Shown: positions 38,340 through 46,903 of the stretch, piece by piece
How positions within the stretch are numbered: the stretch's first letter is position 1
Layout of the letters: each line of letters begins with the position of its first letter
Source: a virus
Virus record (IMG/VR): IMGVR_UViG_3300012979_000038
Span: 1-64,000 of that record
Reading direction: 5' to 3' (one strand)
DNA length: 64,000 nucleotides
Position numbers and translations under genes: made by a program
Notes under the pieces: model-generated
Database searches by the model: none
What the model saw: the letters and a program-made list of their open reading frames with translations, nothing else
What the model was told of the DNA's origin: nothing

Positions 38340-39016
38340 AATTTAGTGAAACAGAATTATTACCAGGTGTTGTTATAGATGTAGATGATCCAAAAATGTT
38401 AGGAAGAGTTAAGGCAACTGTTCCAACTTTATTTGATGAAAGCGTAATGAGTAAAGATGGAATGCCTTGGATTTATCCATTAACTATGATAGGTTATCAG
38501 GGATTTTCTAAATTACAAAAAGGTTCAAAAATCTGGGTGTTTAAACAAAAAGGTAAAAATCGTGAATTTTGGTATATTCCAATGTTTGAACTTAATAAAA
38601 ACACCAGAGATGTTGTTGAAAATTATAAAGAGCCAGAAGTTTTAATATCAAGATCTGCTGGTTCTGAATCAGTATATATTTATTATAATGACGTTGATGG
38701 AATTCAATTAAAGATTGGTTCAGAAAATTATGTAAATATTAAACCAGATTCATCAATAACATTAAAATCTGGTAATGCTAGAGTAGACTTAAAAGAAGGA
38801 AAAATTTATATAGGTGATGGAAACGCAATAGAACCATCAATACTTGGAAATAAACTTTTTGATGCTTTATCAAATTTATCTAAAAATCTTGGCGCCATTG
38901 CTGGTATGTGTTCAAATCCATTTACATTACCATTAGCTACAACTTTCCAACAAGCATCAACTATGTTAAGTCAAGATATACAAAATATACGCTGCGACAA
39001 CACATTCATTAATTAA
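38336..39016 (+). CDS. gp5 N-terminal-like OB-fold (Phage_base_V/gpV-like) baseplate hub/spike domain protein
   Basis: LPGVVIDVDDPKMLGRVKATVP versus T4 gp5 FVGVVEDVMDPKFMGRVRVRV; DGMPWIYPL versus DLPWAHVL. Confidence 0.6.
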   Translation: MKFSETELLPGVVIDVDDPKMLGRVKATVPTLFDESVMSKDGMPWIYPLTMIGYQGFSKLQKGSKIWVFKQKGKNREFWYIPMFELNKNTRDVVENYKEPEVLISRSAGSESVYIYYNDVDGIQLKIGSENYVNIKPDSSITLKSGNARVDLKEGKIYIGDGNAIEPSILGNKLFDALSNLSKNLGAIAGMCSNPFTLPLATTFQQASTMLSQDIQNIRCDNTFIN

Positions 39017-39018
39017 TT

Positions 39019-40461
39019 ATGGCAGAAAAAAAATCAGTAAACGAAGTTGTTAAACCTAAAGAAGAAAAAAAGGAGAAAAAACAGGAAGAAACCATTTTGT
39101 CATTATCTAAAACTCCAGATGAAGAGTTAGTGAAAATTATTGTGCATGAAAATGTAATGCTAACTAATGCATTACAAAGCGCCAGAAAAGATTCTCGCAA
39201 GTTGAAAAAAGATTATGTTCTTAAAGAAATAAAAGAAGAAGAAATAGTAGAAGGAGAAGAAAAAAAAGGAGAAGAGAAAAAAGACGAAGATACTCCAAGA
39301 CCAAAATATCGAGTTACATTAACATTATTAAAAAAGACTATAGTTATTTCTGGAAAAGAACAAGGAGATTCAAAACGTGAAAAACAATTACAAGATTTTG
39401 CAAAAACCAAAGCTGAATACGTTTTCGATAATAATTTAATATCAAGGGATAATTTTAAATTAGATACAGACAAATTTATTCCAAATGTAAAAGGAACTGA
39501 AACAGAATGGGAATATAAAGCAGTTTATAAATGTTCAGTTAAAGATACCTTTAAAGATTTAGGTGGTATTTTAAGCGAAGAAACCATTAAACAAGCAGCT
39601 GCAGCTGAAAAGAAAAGTGGAGATGATTTCTTAGCTGGTAAGCCATCTTCACCATTTGGTCCAGCAATGACATCAAAATCACTTGGAGAATTTCAAGCAA
39701 ATGTTGTTGGCGGATTGACACAGGCTACAGTTAATGGAGTTACGCAAGTTGCTGGCTCGACTCTCGGTGTTGCTGGTGCAGCTGCTGGTGTTGTTGGTTC
39801 AGCGGCAGAAACCGCTTTATTATGCACTAATATTGTTACTGAAGCATTTTCATATATTTCAAAAGAATTAATTGCTTATTGTACGGCTGTAGCTGTCGAT
39901 TTAGCAACATTAGATATTTCTCCAGTGGCTAAAAAAATTGGTGAAATATTAACTAATGGTTTACAAACTCCGGATGAAATGCTTAAAGAATTAATGACCA
40001 ATGCAGAAAAAGCTTTAGAAGATGCCCAAAAGGCAGCGGAAGATGAATTAAAAAACGATAAAATACAGGAAATGAAAATTAAAGCAGAGGAATTCAAAAC
40101 CAAAATGGATGATACATTAAATATGGTTAAAGAAAAAATTGATTCAGTAACTGCTTATATAGAAGCTGGACCTGATTGGTTAGAAGAAAAAATTGATGAT
40201 TTATCATATAAATGTTTTGAGCAAATTGGTATACAGGCAGGTAAAGCTACATATACTTTCAATGAAAAGAAACAAGAATTTATAGATAAAATAGCTGAAA
40301 ATATAGCCGAACCAAAAGCCAGAACAATAAACGAAAAGGCAAAAGAAGCACAAAAGAAAACAATGGACAAAGCTAACGCCCAAATAAAAAAATTAGCAGC
40401 TATGGCTGCGGCATTGGTAGCAAAAGCTATGATGTTGTTAGCATCTTTATTAGGAGGATAA
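39019..40461 (+). CDS. Lys/Glu-rich virion-associated protein (scaffold- or internal-protein-like) with Gly/Ala-rich hydrophobic segment
   Basis: 480 aa. N-terminus KEEKKEKKQEE. Central GVAGAAAGVVGSAAETALL. C-terminal helical Lys/Glu/Ala-rich region. It follows the portal, ADP-ribosyltransferase and gp5-like genes. Confidence 0.4.
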   Translation: MAEKKSVNEVVKPKEEKKEKKQEETILSLSKTPDEELVKIIVHENVMLTNALQSARKDSRKLKKDYVLKEIKEEEIVEGEEKKGEEKKDEDTPRPKYRVTLTLLKKTIVISGKEQGDSKREKQLQDFAKTKAEYVFDNNLISRDNFKLDTDKFIPNVKGTETEWEYKAVYKCSVKDTFKDLGGILSEETIKQAAAAEKKSGDDFLAGKPSSPFGPAMTSKSLGEFQANVVGGLTQATVNGVTQVAGSTLGVAGAAAGVVGSAAETALLCTNIVTEAFSYISKELIAYCTAVAVDLATLDISPVAKKIGEILTNGLQTPDEMLKELMTNAEKALEDAQKAAEDELKNDKIQEMKIKAEEFKTKMDDTLNMVKEKIDSVTAYIEAGPDWLEEKIDDLSYKCFEQIGIQAGKATYTFNEKKQEFIDKIAENIAEPKARTINEKAKEAQKKTMDKANAQIKKLAAMAAALVAKAMMLLASLLGG

Positions 40462-40490
40462 ACAGTTTATGAAAATATATTAAAAAATAA

Positions 40491-40521
40491 AGAACCTCAT
40501 TGAGGTTCTTTTTTATTTTTT
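40491..40521. terminator. bidirectional terminator between convergent genes
   Basis: AGAACCTCATTGAGGTTCT followed by TTTTTTATTTTTT. Confidence 0.6.
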
Positions 40522-41259
40522 CTTCTTTCTATAAATTTTAGAAACAACTTTCTTTATTTCTTCTAAAGGTTTACCGATAATGTTGTCATTATAAAATGCC
40601 GGATTAACAATATTATGTTGTGCATGAGCATGTTTATAATTATAAACAAACATCGTTTTTATTGTATTCATGAATTTTGCACCTTTAAAATACATTCTCC
40701 ATAAAGCTGCATTAAGTTCACATCCATCTTTAAGTTCTTGTTTACACATTTCTCCATCAGCAAATATTTTATCTAAAGTAGATTTTCTAAACATACAAGA
40801 TTTTGGAAAACAAATAAAATCTAATAGAGCATTATTTTCTACTAACTTCTTAATATCTTTATATGAATGTTCTACGAATGTATCACCTACTCCAAATTGT
40901 TCATCTGTTATTGTTGAACAACTGATAACATCAATGTTAGGATTTTCATCAAGTAATTTGGTTTGAATTTCAAATCGTGAATCTACCATGGCGTCATCAT
41001 CATCAAAAAATACTACATATTCACCCTTTGCGTATTGTAAACCAAGATTTCTAGCATCTACTATATTTCCGGTATGTGGCAAATGTTCAATTGCTCCCTG
41101 GCAATACATTGTTACTAACATATTGTGAGTATCATCTTGAGAATCACCCTCAACAACAATAAGCTCCCAATCTTTAAATGATTGAGAAATACAATTTTTT
41201 ATTGCATTCTTTAGTAATTCATATCTATTTTTAGTACAAAGAATAATTGATAATTTCAT
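40513..41259 (-). CDS. family 2 glycosyltransferase (GT-A fold)
   Basis: LSIILCTKNRYELLKNAIKNCISQSFKDWELIVVEGDSQDDT and FFDDDDAMV (DxD) are the typical GT2 N-terminal signature. Confidence 0.7.
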   Translation of the reverse strand: MKLSIILCTKNRYELLKNAIKNCISQSFKDWELIVVEGDSQDDTHNMLVTMYCQGAIEHLPHTGNIVDARNLGLQYAKGEYVVFFDDDDAMVDSRFEIQTKLLDENPNIDVISCSTITDEQFGVGDTFVEHSYKDIKKLVENNALLDFICFPKSCMFRKSTLDKIFADGEMCKQELKDGCELNAALWRMYFKGAKFMNTIKTMFVYNYKHAHAQHNIVNPAFYNDNIIGKPLEEIKKVVSKIYRKKKK

Positions 41260-41288
41260 ATATTACGTTTATGTTTTTATATATAAAT

Positions 41289-41321
41289 AAAAATAGAAAA
41301 AACATATTGTCTTTTTCAAAC
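41289..41321 (-). terminator. perfect 11-bp hairpin terminator after the 113-aa gene
   Basis: AAAACATATTG-loop-CAATATGTTTT; a T-run follows in minus sense. Confidence 0.5.
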
Positions 41322-41354
41322 AATATGTTTTCTATTTATGATAAAAATTACGTT

Positions 41355-41696
41355 TTAATAATTACAATACATTTCTTTAACAAAATGTTCAACTACTTGT
41401 TTATTCGATATTTTCTTAAATAGATAAGCATAATCATAACCAAAATCCAGTAATGTATTTCGCATATGTGTATTTGTTACGATTGGAATAATTTCTTTTA
41501 TTGAACCTTGTGCAGATAATGTCTGTCCAATTGCATTATAATGATGTTTTGAACCATCCGTAAACATTAATACATAAGGCCAATCTGTAGATGCAGAAAT
41601 ATATTCATAAACAAAACATATTTCATCGTAATTTGTTTTTAATGCTTGACCTATTTCTAATTCTGATAAATCAATATTCATATCATTAAAATCCAA
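41355..41696 (-). CDS. hypothetical protein
   Basis: 113-aa ORF. Confidence 0.4.
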   Translation of the reverse strand: MDFNDMNIDLSELEIGQALKTNYDEICFVYEYISASTDWPYVLMFTDGSKHHYNAIGQTLSAQGSIKEIIPIVTNTHMRNTLLDFGYDYAYLFKKISNKQVVEHFVKEMYCNY

Positions 41697-42498
41697 TAGT
41701 TAAACCAATATTCCATAAAATGGTTTCATTATATCCAAAGTAAGAAATATCTGTTAAGTTAAATATCAAATCTGCATAAAAATCAATATAACTATAATTT
41801 CCAATTTCCCACTTTTTTGTTACATTTAACTGAACGTTGTTAAATGCGAACTTTTTATCTGGCCCAGTGTAATAACCTTTCCAAGGACTCATACCAACTA
41901 TTGGAGTTAATGACCAACCACTTTCACCAAAATCTATTGGATAACTTACTTCTAAATATGATGAATAAGGTCTATCTTTACATTTATCATTCCACCATTC
42001 GCTTGCATCTTCTCCTCCAATAATTGTTCCCCAGAAAATTGTCAAAGGAAATCCTTCAGAAACACAAAGCTGAGCATAAACTTCTGTTTGTGTAGAACTA
42101 AAAGAACCATTATTAGCAAAATAGAACATTGGTGAACCATCACAATAATACATATGATTTAAACCAATAGAGATAATATCTTTATGAGCATACTCAATAA
42201 ATAAATCTACCTCTCCATAAGGTTTATCATGAAAATTAAATTGACAGAATACACAGTGTTCATTTAGAGGGTCACTAAGTGTTCCCCAGGCACCCACACT
42301 AATTGAGTTACCATATTTATCACCATAACCAAATGAAAGCTCTGGTTGAATCGAGAGACCTGCTACACGTTCACCACGATAAATATAATTAGCTGATGCA
42401 GTAACTGAAAAATCTACAAATGCACCTTGTTTAAAATCATATGCAAATGAGCTCAGTGATGCAAAGACAAGTAATATTGTGAATAAAATTTTCTTCAT
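41686..42498 (-). CDS. outer-membrane beta-barrel-like protein with signal peptide
   Basis: MKKILFTILLVFASLSSFAYD signal. Alternating aromatic/hydrophobic beta-strand pattern. C-terminal LTIGF ends in Phe like OMP beta-barrels. Confidence 0.5.
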   Translation of the reverse strand: MKKILFTILLVFASLSSFAYDFKQGAFVDFSVTASANYIYRGERVAGLSIQPELSFGYGDKYGNSISVGAWGTLSDPLNEHCVFCQFNFHDKPYGEVDLFIEYAHKDIISIGLNHMYYCDGSPMFYFANNGSFSSTQTEVYAQLCVSEGFPLTIFWGTIIGGEDASEWWNDKCKDRPYSSYLEVSYPIDFGESGWSLTPIVGMSPWKGYYTGPDKKFAFNNVQLNVTKKWEIGNYSYIDFYADLIFNLTDISYFGYNETILWNIGLTIGF

Positions 42499-42512
42499 TT
42501 TTTGTTAAGTTT

Positions 42513-42764
42513 TTATTTTTCAAATTGCGCTAATACGTCTACATAAATATCTCCAAGATATTCGGCATCCACACCAAATAGATATGGATAAAGCATACTC
42601 ATTAATTCACTAACGGTTGCATCCAAATCCCAGTTGTTTTCATCGCATTTACCCAATACAATTTCAATCATGAATTGTAAAGATGGAGTGTCTAAACCAC
42701 CAATAAATGGAGTAAGCTTCTTTACATAAGCTTCCAAAAAATCATTAAACATTTCTCGTTTCAT
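42513..42764 (-). CDS. hypothetical protein
   Basis: 83-aa ORF, 17 nt downstream of a class A motif. Confidence 0.4.
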   Translation of the reverse strand: MKREMFNDFLEAYVKKLTPFIGGLDTPSLQFMIEIVLGKCDENNWDLDATVSELMSMLYPYLFGVDAEYLGDIYVDVLAQFEK

Positions 42765-42780
42765 ATTCTTTTCTTTTTTA

Positions 42781-42825
42781 AAAAATTACATAAATAAAAT
42801 AGTAAAAAATATGAAAAATTCAAAT
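42781..42825 (-). promoter_or_regulatory. class A promoter-like motif (minus sense)
   Basis: Minus-sense TTTGAATTTTTCATATTTTTTACTATTTTATTTATGTAATTTTTT. Confidence 0.55.
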
Positions 42826-42826
42826 T

Positions 42827-43267
42827 TTATTTAAGTATTTCTAAACATTTTTTAATTGCTGCATCTTGTGCATCTTCAAATGTTTCAAAATCTTCACCAT
42901 AAATACCATCTTCTAATTGTTGACGAGGTTTCGTTATCCTAAACATCCAAGATTCCTGTGAAGATGAGAAAATAGTTATATGTAATTTATGAACTTCTCT
43001 TAACCAACGTTGAACTACATCAAGAGTAGGTGCAGAAATACATTCTATTTCTTCATCATTTTCAGTTATATATGCATGAAATAAATTATCACTTCCATAT
43101 TTCTCATATAAATCTCTTGCCATATTCCAATTAAAAGGACTGTGATACATATAAACTTCAGCGTCCTTTTCATTTACTTTGTAACATGTTGGTATATCCC
43201 AATCAAAACCAAGTTGCTTCAATAATGAAGCATCTGCAAAATCTATAAAAAATTCAAATATTGACAT
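42827..43267 (-). CDS. hypothetical protein
   Basis: 146-aa ORF. Confidence 0.4.
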   Translation of the reverse strand: MSIFEFFIDFADASLLKQLGFDWDIPTCYKVNEKDAEVYMYHSPFNWNMARDLYEKYGSDNLFHAYITENDEEIECISAPTLDVVQRWLREVHKLHITIFSSSQESWMFRITKPRQQLEDGIYGEDFETFEDAQDAAIKKCLEILK

Positions 43268-43276
43268 GTTTATGTA

Positions 43277-43537
43277 TTAATAAATTAATTTATCCATTTC
43301 TAACTTTTGTATTCTATATCTATAACACCATTTATAACCATCTGTATATGAAAATGATTCTTCATCTTCTTGTTCAAAATCTGGTTTATTTTTCGATGCT
43401 TCTAATTCTTTATTGAATAACTCTAATACTTTACTTTCATTAGTACTTACAAAAATTGGTCTAAAATCTGCTCCGTAATATGGGTCATCCATTTCATAAC
43501 CAGTATATTCTAGAAAATATATGTAATTGCTATTCAT
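43277..43537 (-). CDS. hypothetical protein
   Basis: 86-aa ORF. Confidence 0.35.
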   Translation of the reverse strand: MNSNYIYFLEYTGYEMDDPYYGADFRPIFVSTNESKVLELFNKELEASKNKPDFEQEDEESFSYTDGYKWCYRYRIQKLEMDKLIY

Positions 43538-43547
43538 AATACTATTC

Positions 43548-44069
43548 TTATATTGTTTTTATTATTCTTACATCTCTTCTGGCCCCATAAATATCATGTG
43601 GGTTTCCATAATGACACATTCCGTCATAAAAGGTAGTTGTCCAACAAATTACGCTTCCACATGAAGCTATAATATTTTGTTTATACTTTAATAATTCATC
43701 ACGTGAAGGGATATGCCAACCATTATTAAATTTTAATGACAATGCATATTCTCTTGAGCACCAATGATAAGGTGGTTCAAGATTTAAAGGTAATACATCA
43801 GAAAGCCATGCACAAGGTTCACCAAATTCATTAACATCAATAACTGTACATTTTACATCATCAATTATTACCTTTTCACCAATTGGTGGTACAATATCAG
43901 TTTTATCAGTATTTTGTTCAACTGTGTTATTAGTATTTTGTTCAATCTGTTTTGTATTGTCTAAATTTTGACTTTGCAGTCTATTACTTAAGTACTCTAA
44001 AAATTCAGGCAAACAACATATAATTGCCAAAACAAACATACATGCTAATATAATTCCAAATAAACTCAT
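43548..44069 (-). CDS. membrane-anchored hypothetical protein
   Basis: N-terminal TM helix LFGIILACMFVLAIICCL. Confidence 0.4.
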   Translation of the reverse strand: MSLFGIILACMFVLAIICCLPEFLEYLSNRLQSQNLDNTKQIEQNTNNTVEQNTDKTDIVPPIGEKVIIDDVKCTVIDVNEFGEPCAWLSDVLPLNLEPPYHWCSREYALSLKFNNGWHIPSRDELLKYKQNIIASCGSVICWTTTFYDGMCHYGNPHDIYGARRDVRIIKTI

Positions 44070-44075
44070 AATATT

Positions 44076-44348
44076 TTATTTATTAGTTTTATTAAATTTT
44101 TCTTTAATCCATTGAATTGGTGTTTTCATTTTTACCCATTCATAATGGTCAATTGGACATAAAAACGCAAGCATATTCGAAATAGAATTATTTCCTATAT
44201 CTCTTCCAACAGGTACTTTCTTTTGCCACGTAAATAAACCATATAAAAAATCTTTAATCTCTGGAATCCAGAACAATATAAATGCTCCAATAAAAGCTAA
44301 ACCAAGCATTGATACAAAGATCAATCCCATTATTTCTAAAAAATTCAT
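44076..44348 (-). CDS. small membrane protein
   Basis: GLIFVSMLGLAFIGAFILFWI TM segment. Confidence 0.35.
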   Translation of the reverse strand: MNFLEIMGLIFVSMLGLAFIGAFILFWIPEIKDFLYGLFTWQKKVPVGRDIGNNSISNMLAFLCPIDHYEWVKMKTPIQWIKEKFNKTNK

Positions 44349-44360
44349 AATACTTATATT

Positions 44361-44672
44361 TTAATATTCAAATACACCATCTTCCCAGGTGAGTTTATCA
44401 CCGAAGTTTCTCTCAATAAATCCATCATAAACATATATCATATCATTTTCAATTATTGTGTCTGGATCATTAGGTAACCAATATCCCTCCGGCATTCTAA
44501 TAGGTTCTGCATCACTATAAAGCAAAACTTCTTGGCCATCTTTATTGATAGCAAGCCACATTTGTTTCCCTAAATATCTTTGTTTCTTTTTGTCTACTTT
44601 TAAAATATAGACACAATACCAAAGATATAATTTTACAAAAAATCTTCTAATTGGGTTCATAGTTTTTACCAA
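44361..44672 (-). CDS. hypothetical protein
   Basis: 103-aa ORF. Confidence 0.35.
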   Translation of the reverse strand: MVKTMNPIRRFFVKLYLWYCVYILKVDKKKQRYLGKQMWLAINKDGQEVLLYSDAEPIRMPEGYWLPNDPDTIIENDMIYVYDGFIERNFGDKLTWEDGVFEY

Positions 44673-44679
44673 GTTCTTA

Positions 44680-45051
44680 TTACTTCAATTCTTTTAACAA
44701 ATTTTCTAAGTATTTGATTAATTCAAATTTATCAGCAGGAACCTCTTCTATATACTTAACATGATACCATGTAGTAGAATCATAAGGATCAGCTGCATCT
44801 CTATACTCATACCACACTTTATATGTTTTATCGTCTTCAATTTTTTCTTCAACACCATTAGGATAACGCCAATAAGTTGGGTCGCTATATTTTTCAATAC
44901 GTGTTTTAATAAATTTTCCTTTACTAATATCGGTGCTTAAATAACGTAATTCATATAATGTTGGTTTGTCCATTAATGGAGTATTCTGAAGATTCAACTC
45001 ATTAACTAAACCTTTTATTTGTTCTATTGTATTTTCCATTTTATTCTTCAA
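44680..45051 (-). CDS. hypothetical protein
   Basis: 123-aa ORF. Confidence 0.4.
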   Translation of the reverse strand: MKNKMENTIEQIKGLVNELNLQNTPLMDKPTLYELRYLSTDISKGKFIKTRIEKYSDPTYWRYPNGVEEKIEDDKTYKVWYEYRDAADPYDSTTWYHVKYIEEVPADKFELIKYLENLLKELK

Positions 45052-45330
45052 TTTTTATTTGTTCACCAACTGATTTGTCTTTATAAATTTCTTTATAAAC
45101 ATCTGAATTAACCCATTGTTCGTATAATTTTCGATATTATTTTTGTTTATTTTCTTCAAATATTTGAATATCATTATGTAGTGTGTTTTTATCTATTGGC
45201 ATATTACTTTTTATTTTTTATGATTATATCCAGGATTTATTCCAGGATTTATTAAAGCATATTCAATATGTGTTTGTTTTAATGAATTATAATCAGGTGC
45301 ACTTGTTATTGATATTTCCATAATAGTTTT

Positions 45331-45495
45331 CTATAAATTTTTTAACTTATTTGCTAAGCTATAAACCTTATCTGATTTTTGTGAGAAAAGCTCAATCTCT
45401 TCTCCAGCTTCATAATTTTGTATAAGTGTTTCTAAAATTTCAATTAATAACTTATACTCAGTATTATTCAATTCTATATTAATCTTTGGTGTCAT
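45331..45495 (-). CDS. small hypothetical protein (54 aa)
   Basis: ORF MTPKINIELNNTEYKLLIEILETLIQNYEAGEEIELFSQKSDKVYSLANKLKNL in a 600-nt stretch with no ORF >=60 aa. Confidence 0.25.
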   Translation of the reverse strand: MTPKINIELNNTEYKLLIEILETLIQNYEAGEEIELFSQKSDKVYSLANKLKNL

Positions 45496-45647
45496 ATTAT
45501 ATTTAATTTATTTTGTAATTCTTCGATTTGTGACATTAACATATCAAAATCACCTTCATTAACTCTCAAAACTTTTTTCTTATATGTTAATGCATATATT
45601 ATTACATTATCTTCTTCTGTTAAATCCTTTTCTACATTTAATAAAAT

Positions 45648-45842
45648 TCATTTACCAATATTTAAATATGCATCAATTATTTGGTCATTTTCTAATGCTA
45701 TATAACATGCGGTATGATAAATAGAATTTAACTTTTCCAAAAATGGAAGTAACACTAATTTAGTATCAATGTCAATAGATAATTCATTTATCGTTTCATC
45801 TAAATTATCTAAATTGTCAATATCTATTATCTTCTTATTCAT
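45648..45842 (-). CDS. hypothetical protein; in-frame TGA separates it from a 52-codon downstream ORF
   Basis: 64-aa ORF. The frame stays open for 52 more codons after the TGA at 45650..45648. Confidence 0.3.
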   Translation of the reverse strand: MNKKIIDIDNLDNLDETINELSIDIDTKLVLLPFLEKLNSIYHTACYIALENDQIIDAYLNIGK

Positions 45843-46110
45843 TATTATTTATTTCGTCCCAAATTGATTTAAACGATTCAGGTATTTCTTTTAATAGATT
45901 CCATATCGCTTTGAAAAAATTAACTAAACCTTTTTTGAAAAACAAAACCAATAATGCAAATATAACATAAATCAATGTTAAAACAACATTAATTGGCCAA
46001 AAGATTAGTTTTATCCAATCTTCTGTAGATTCTGGTGTATCTGTACAAAATATAAGTACACAAATACAAAAATGAAAAAATATGTATAAACTTAATCCTA
46101 AACTTAACAT
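45835..46110 (-). CDS. small membrane protein (2 TM)
   Basis: Hydrophobic helices LSLYIFFHFCICVLIF and VVLTLIYVIFALLVLFF. Confidence 0.4.
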   Translation of the reverse strand: MLSLGLSLYIFFHFCICVLIFCTDTPESTEDWIKLIFWPINVVLTLIYVIFALLVLFFKKGLVNFFKAIWNLLKEIPESFKSIWDEINNNE

Positions 46111-46126
46111 AATTATTATTTATTTG

Positions 46127-46693
46127 TTAAACATTTCCATATGTTGCTAATGCAAGTCTATATGCGTAATCAAACATTGGTAAAGAGAATTTTTCAAATG
46201 GGTTTTTACATTCTGATATTTCACTGCAATGTTTTGCTGGGCACGCATCATAATTACAAAATCTTCCTGGTTGAAGATAAGATAATCTTTGAAGACAATC
46301 GTATAGATACTCATCAGGTTCCATAACTATCCAGTTTTCCCCGATTAATCTATTATCATTTTCGTTTAACCATTTTTCCCAGTTATTCATTTGCATATCA
46401 ATGAAATTCTGAGTATTACCACGTTGTTCATAACGTTTTTTGAAATCTTCTTTAGCCCAGATAGGTGGAACAATAGTTACACGTTCATCAAATGGAACAT
46501 TATCCACTATTAATTGGCGTATATCTTTATGACATGATACTAAAACTATAAAACCTTGATTACTGTAATGCATAGCACATTTCAAATATCTATCCCAATC
46601 TTTTTCGAAAGGAGTAGATTCTAAGTCAATAACACCAGGAAAAAATTTAGCTAAATGGCTTTTTCCTATGCCAGCATATCCACAAACTATCAT
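46127..46693 (-). CDS. P-loop NTPase with Cys-rich C-terminal region
   Basis: Walker A CGYAGIGKSHL; C-terminal CNYDACPAKHCSEISEC. Confidence 0.45.
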   Translation of the reverse strand: MIVCGYAGIGKSHLAKFFPGVIDLESTPFEKDWDRYLKCAMHYSNQGFIVLVSCHKDIRQLIVDNVPFDERVTIVPPIWAKEDFKKRYEQRGNTQNFIDMQMNNWEKWLNENDNRLIGENWIVMEPDEYLYDCLQRLSYLQPGRFCNYDACPAKHCSEISECKNPFEKFSLPMFDYAYRLALATYGNV

Positions 46694-46800
46694 ATATCTA
46701 AATTTATTAAATCGTAAATTTCTGAATTTGATTTTTCTTTTCTTTCTTCATATGATGCACACTCACATCCATCATAATATGCTTCTTGTAATATTGTATA

Positions 46801-46843
46801 GAAATTTCTTATCATATATAAATATAGTACAAAAGCTTAAAAA
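46801..46843 (-). promoter_or_regulatory. class A promoter-like motif (minus sense)
   Basis: Minus-sense TTTGAAATTTTTAAGCTTTTGTACTATATTTATATATGATAAG, immediately after the nrdD terminator. Confidence 0.5.
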
Positions 46844-46849
46844 TTTCAA

Positions 46850-46869
46850 ATAAAAAAGAGGAACTTTCG
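46850..46869 (-). terminator. rho-independent terminator of nrdD
   Basis: AGAGGAACGAAAGTTCCTCT hairpin followed by a T-run in minus sense. Confidence 0.6.
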
Positions 46870-46903
46870 TTCCTCTTTAAAATATATTATGTTACAATAA
46901 ATT

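Noticed and set aside
39009-40370. Minus-strand ORFs 39009..39200, 39213..39473, 39876..40103 and 40155..40370 inside the 480-aa Lys/Glu-rich gene
   Set aside because: Antisense to a long A/G-rich coding region. The Ser/Phe-rich translations are typical of the reverse reading of Lys/Glu codons.
46811-46826. Plus-strand TATAAATA at 46812 as an independent late promoter
   Set aside because: It is simply the reverse complement of part of the minus-sense class A motif (ACTATATTTATATATG). No plus-strand gene lies downstream.
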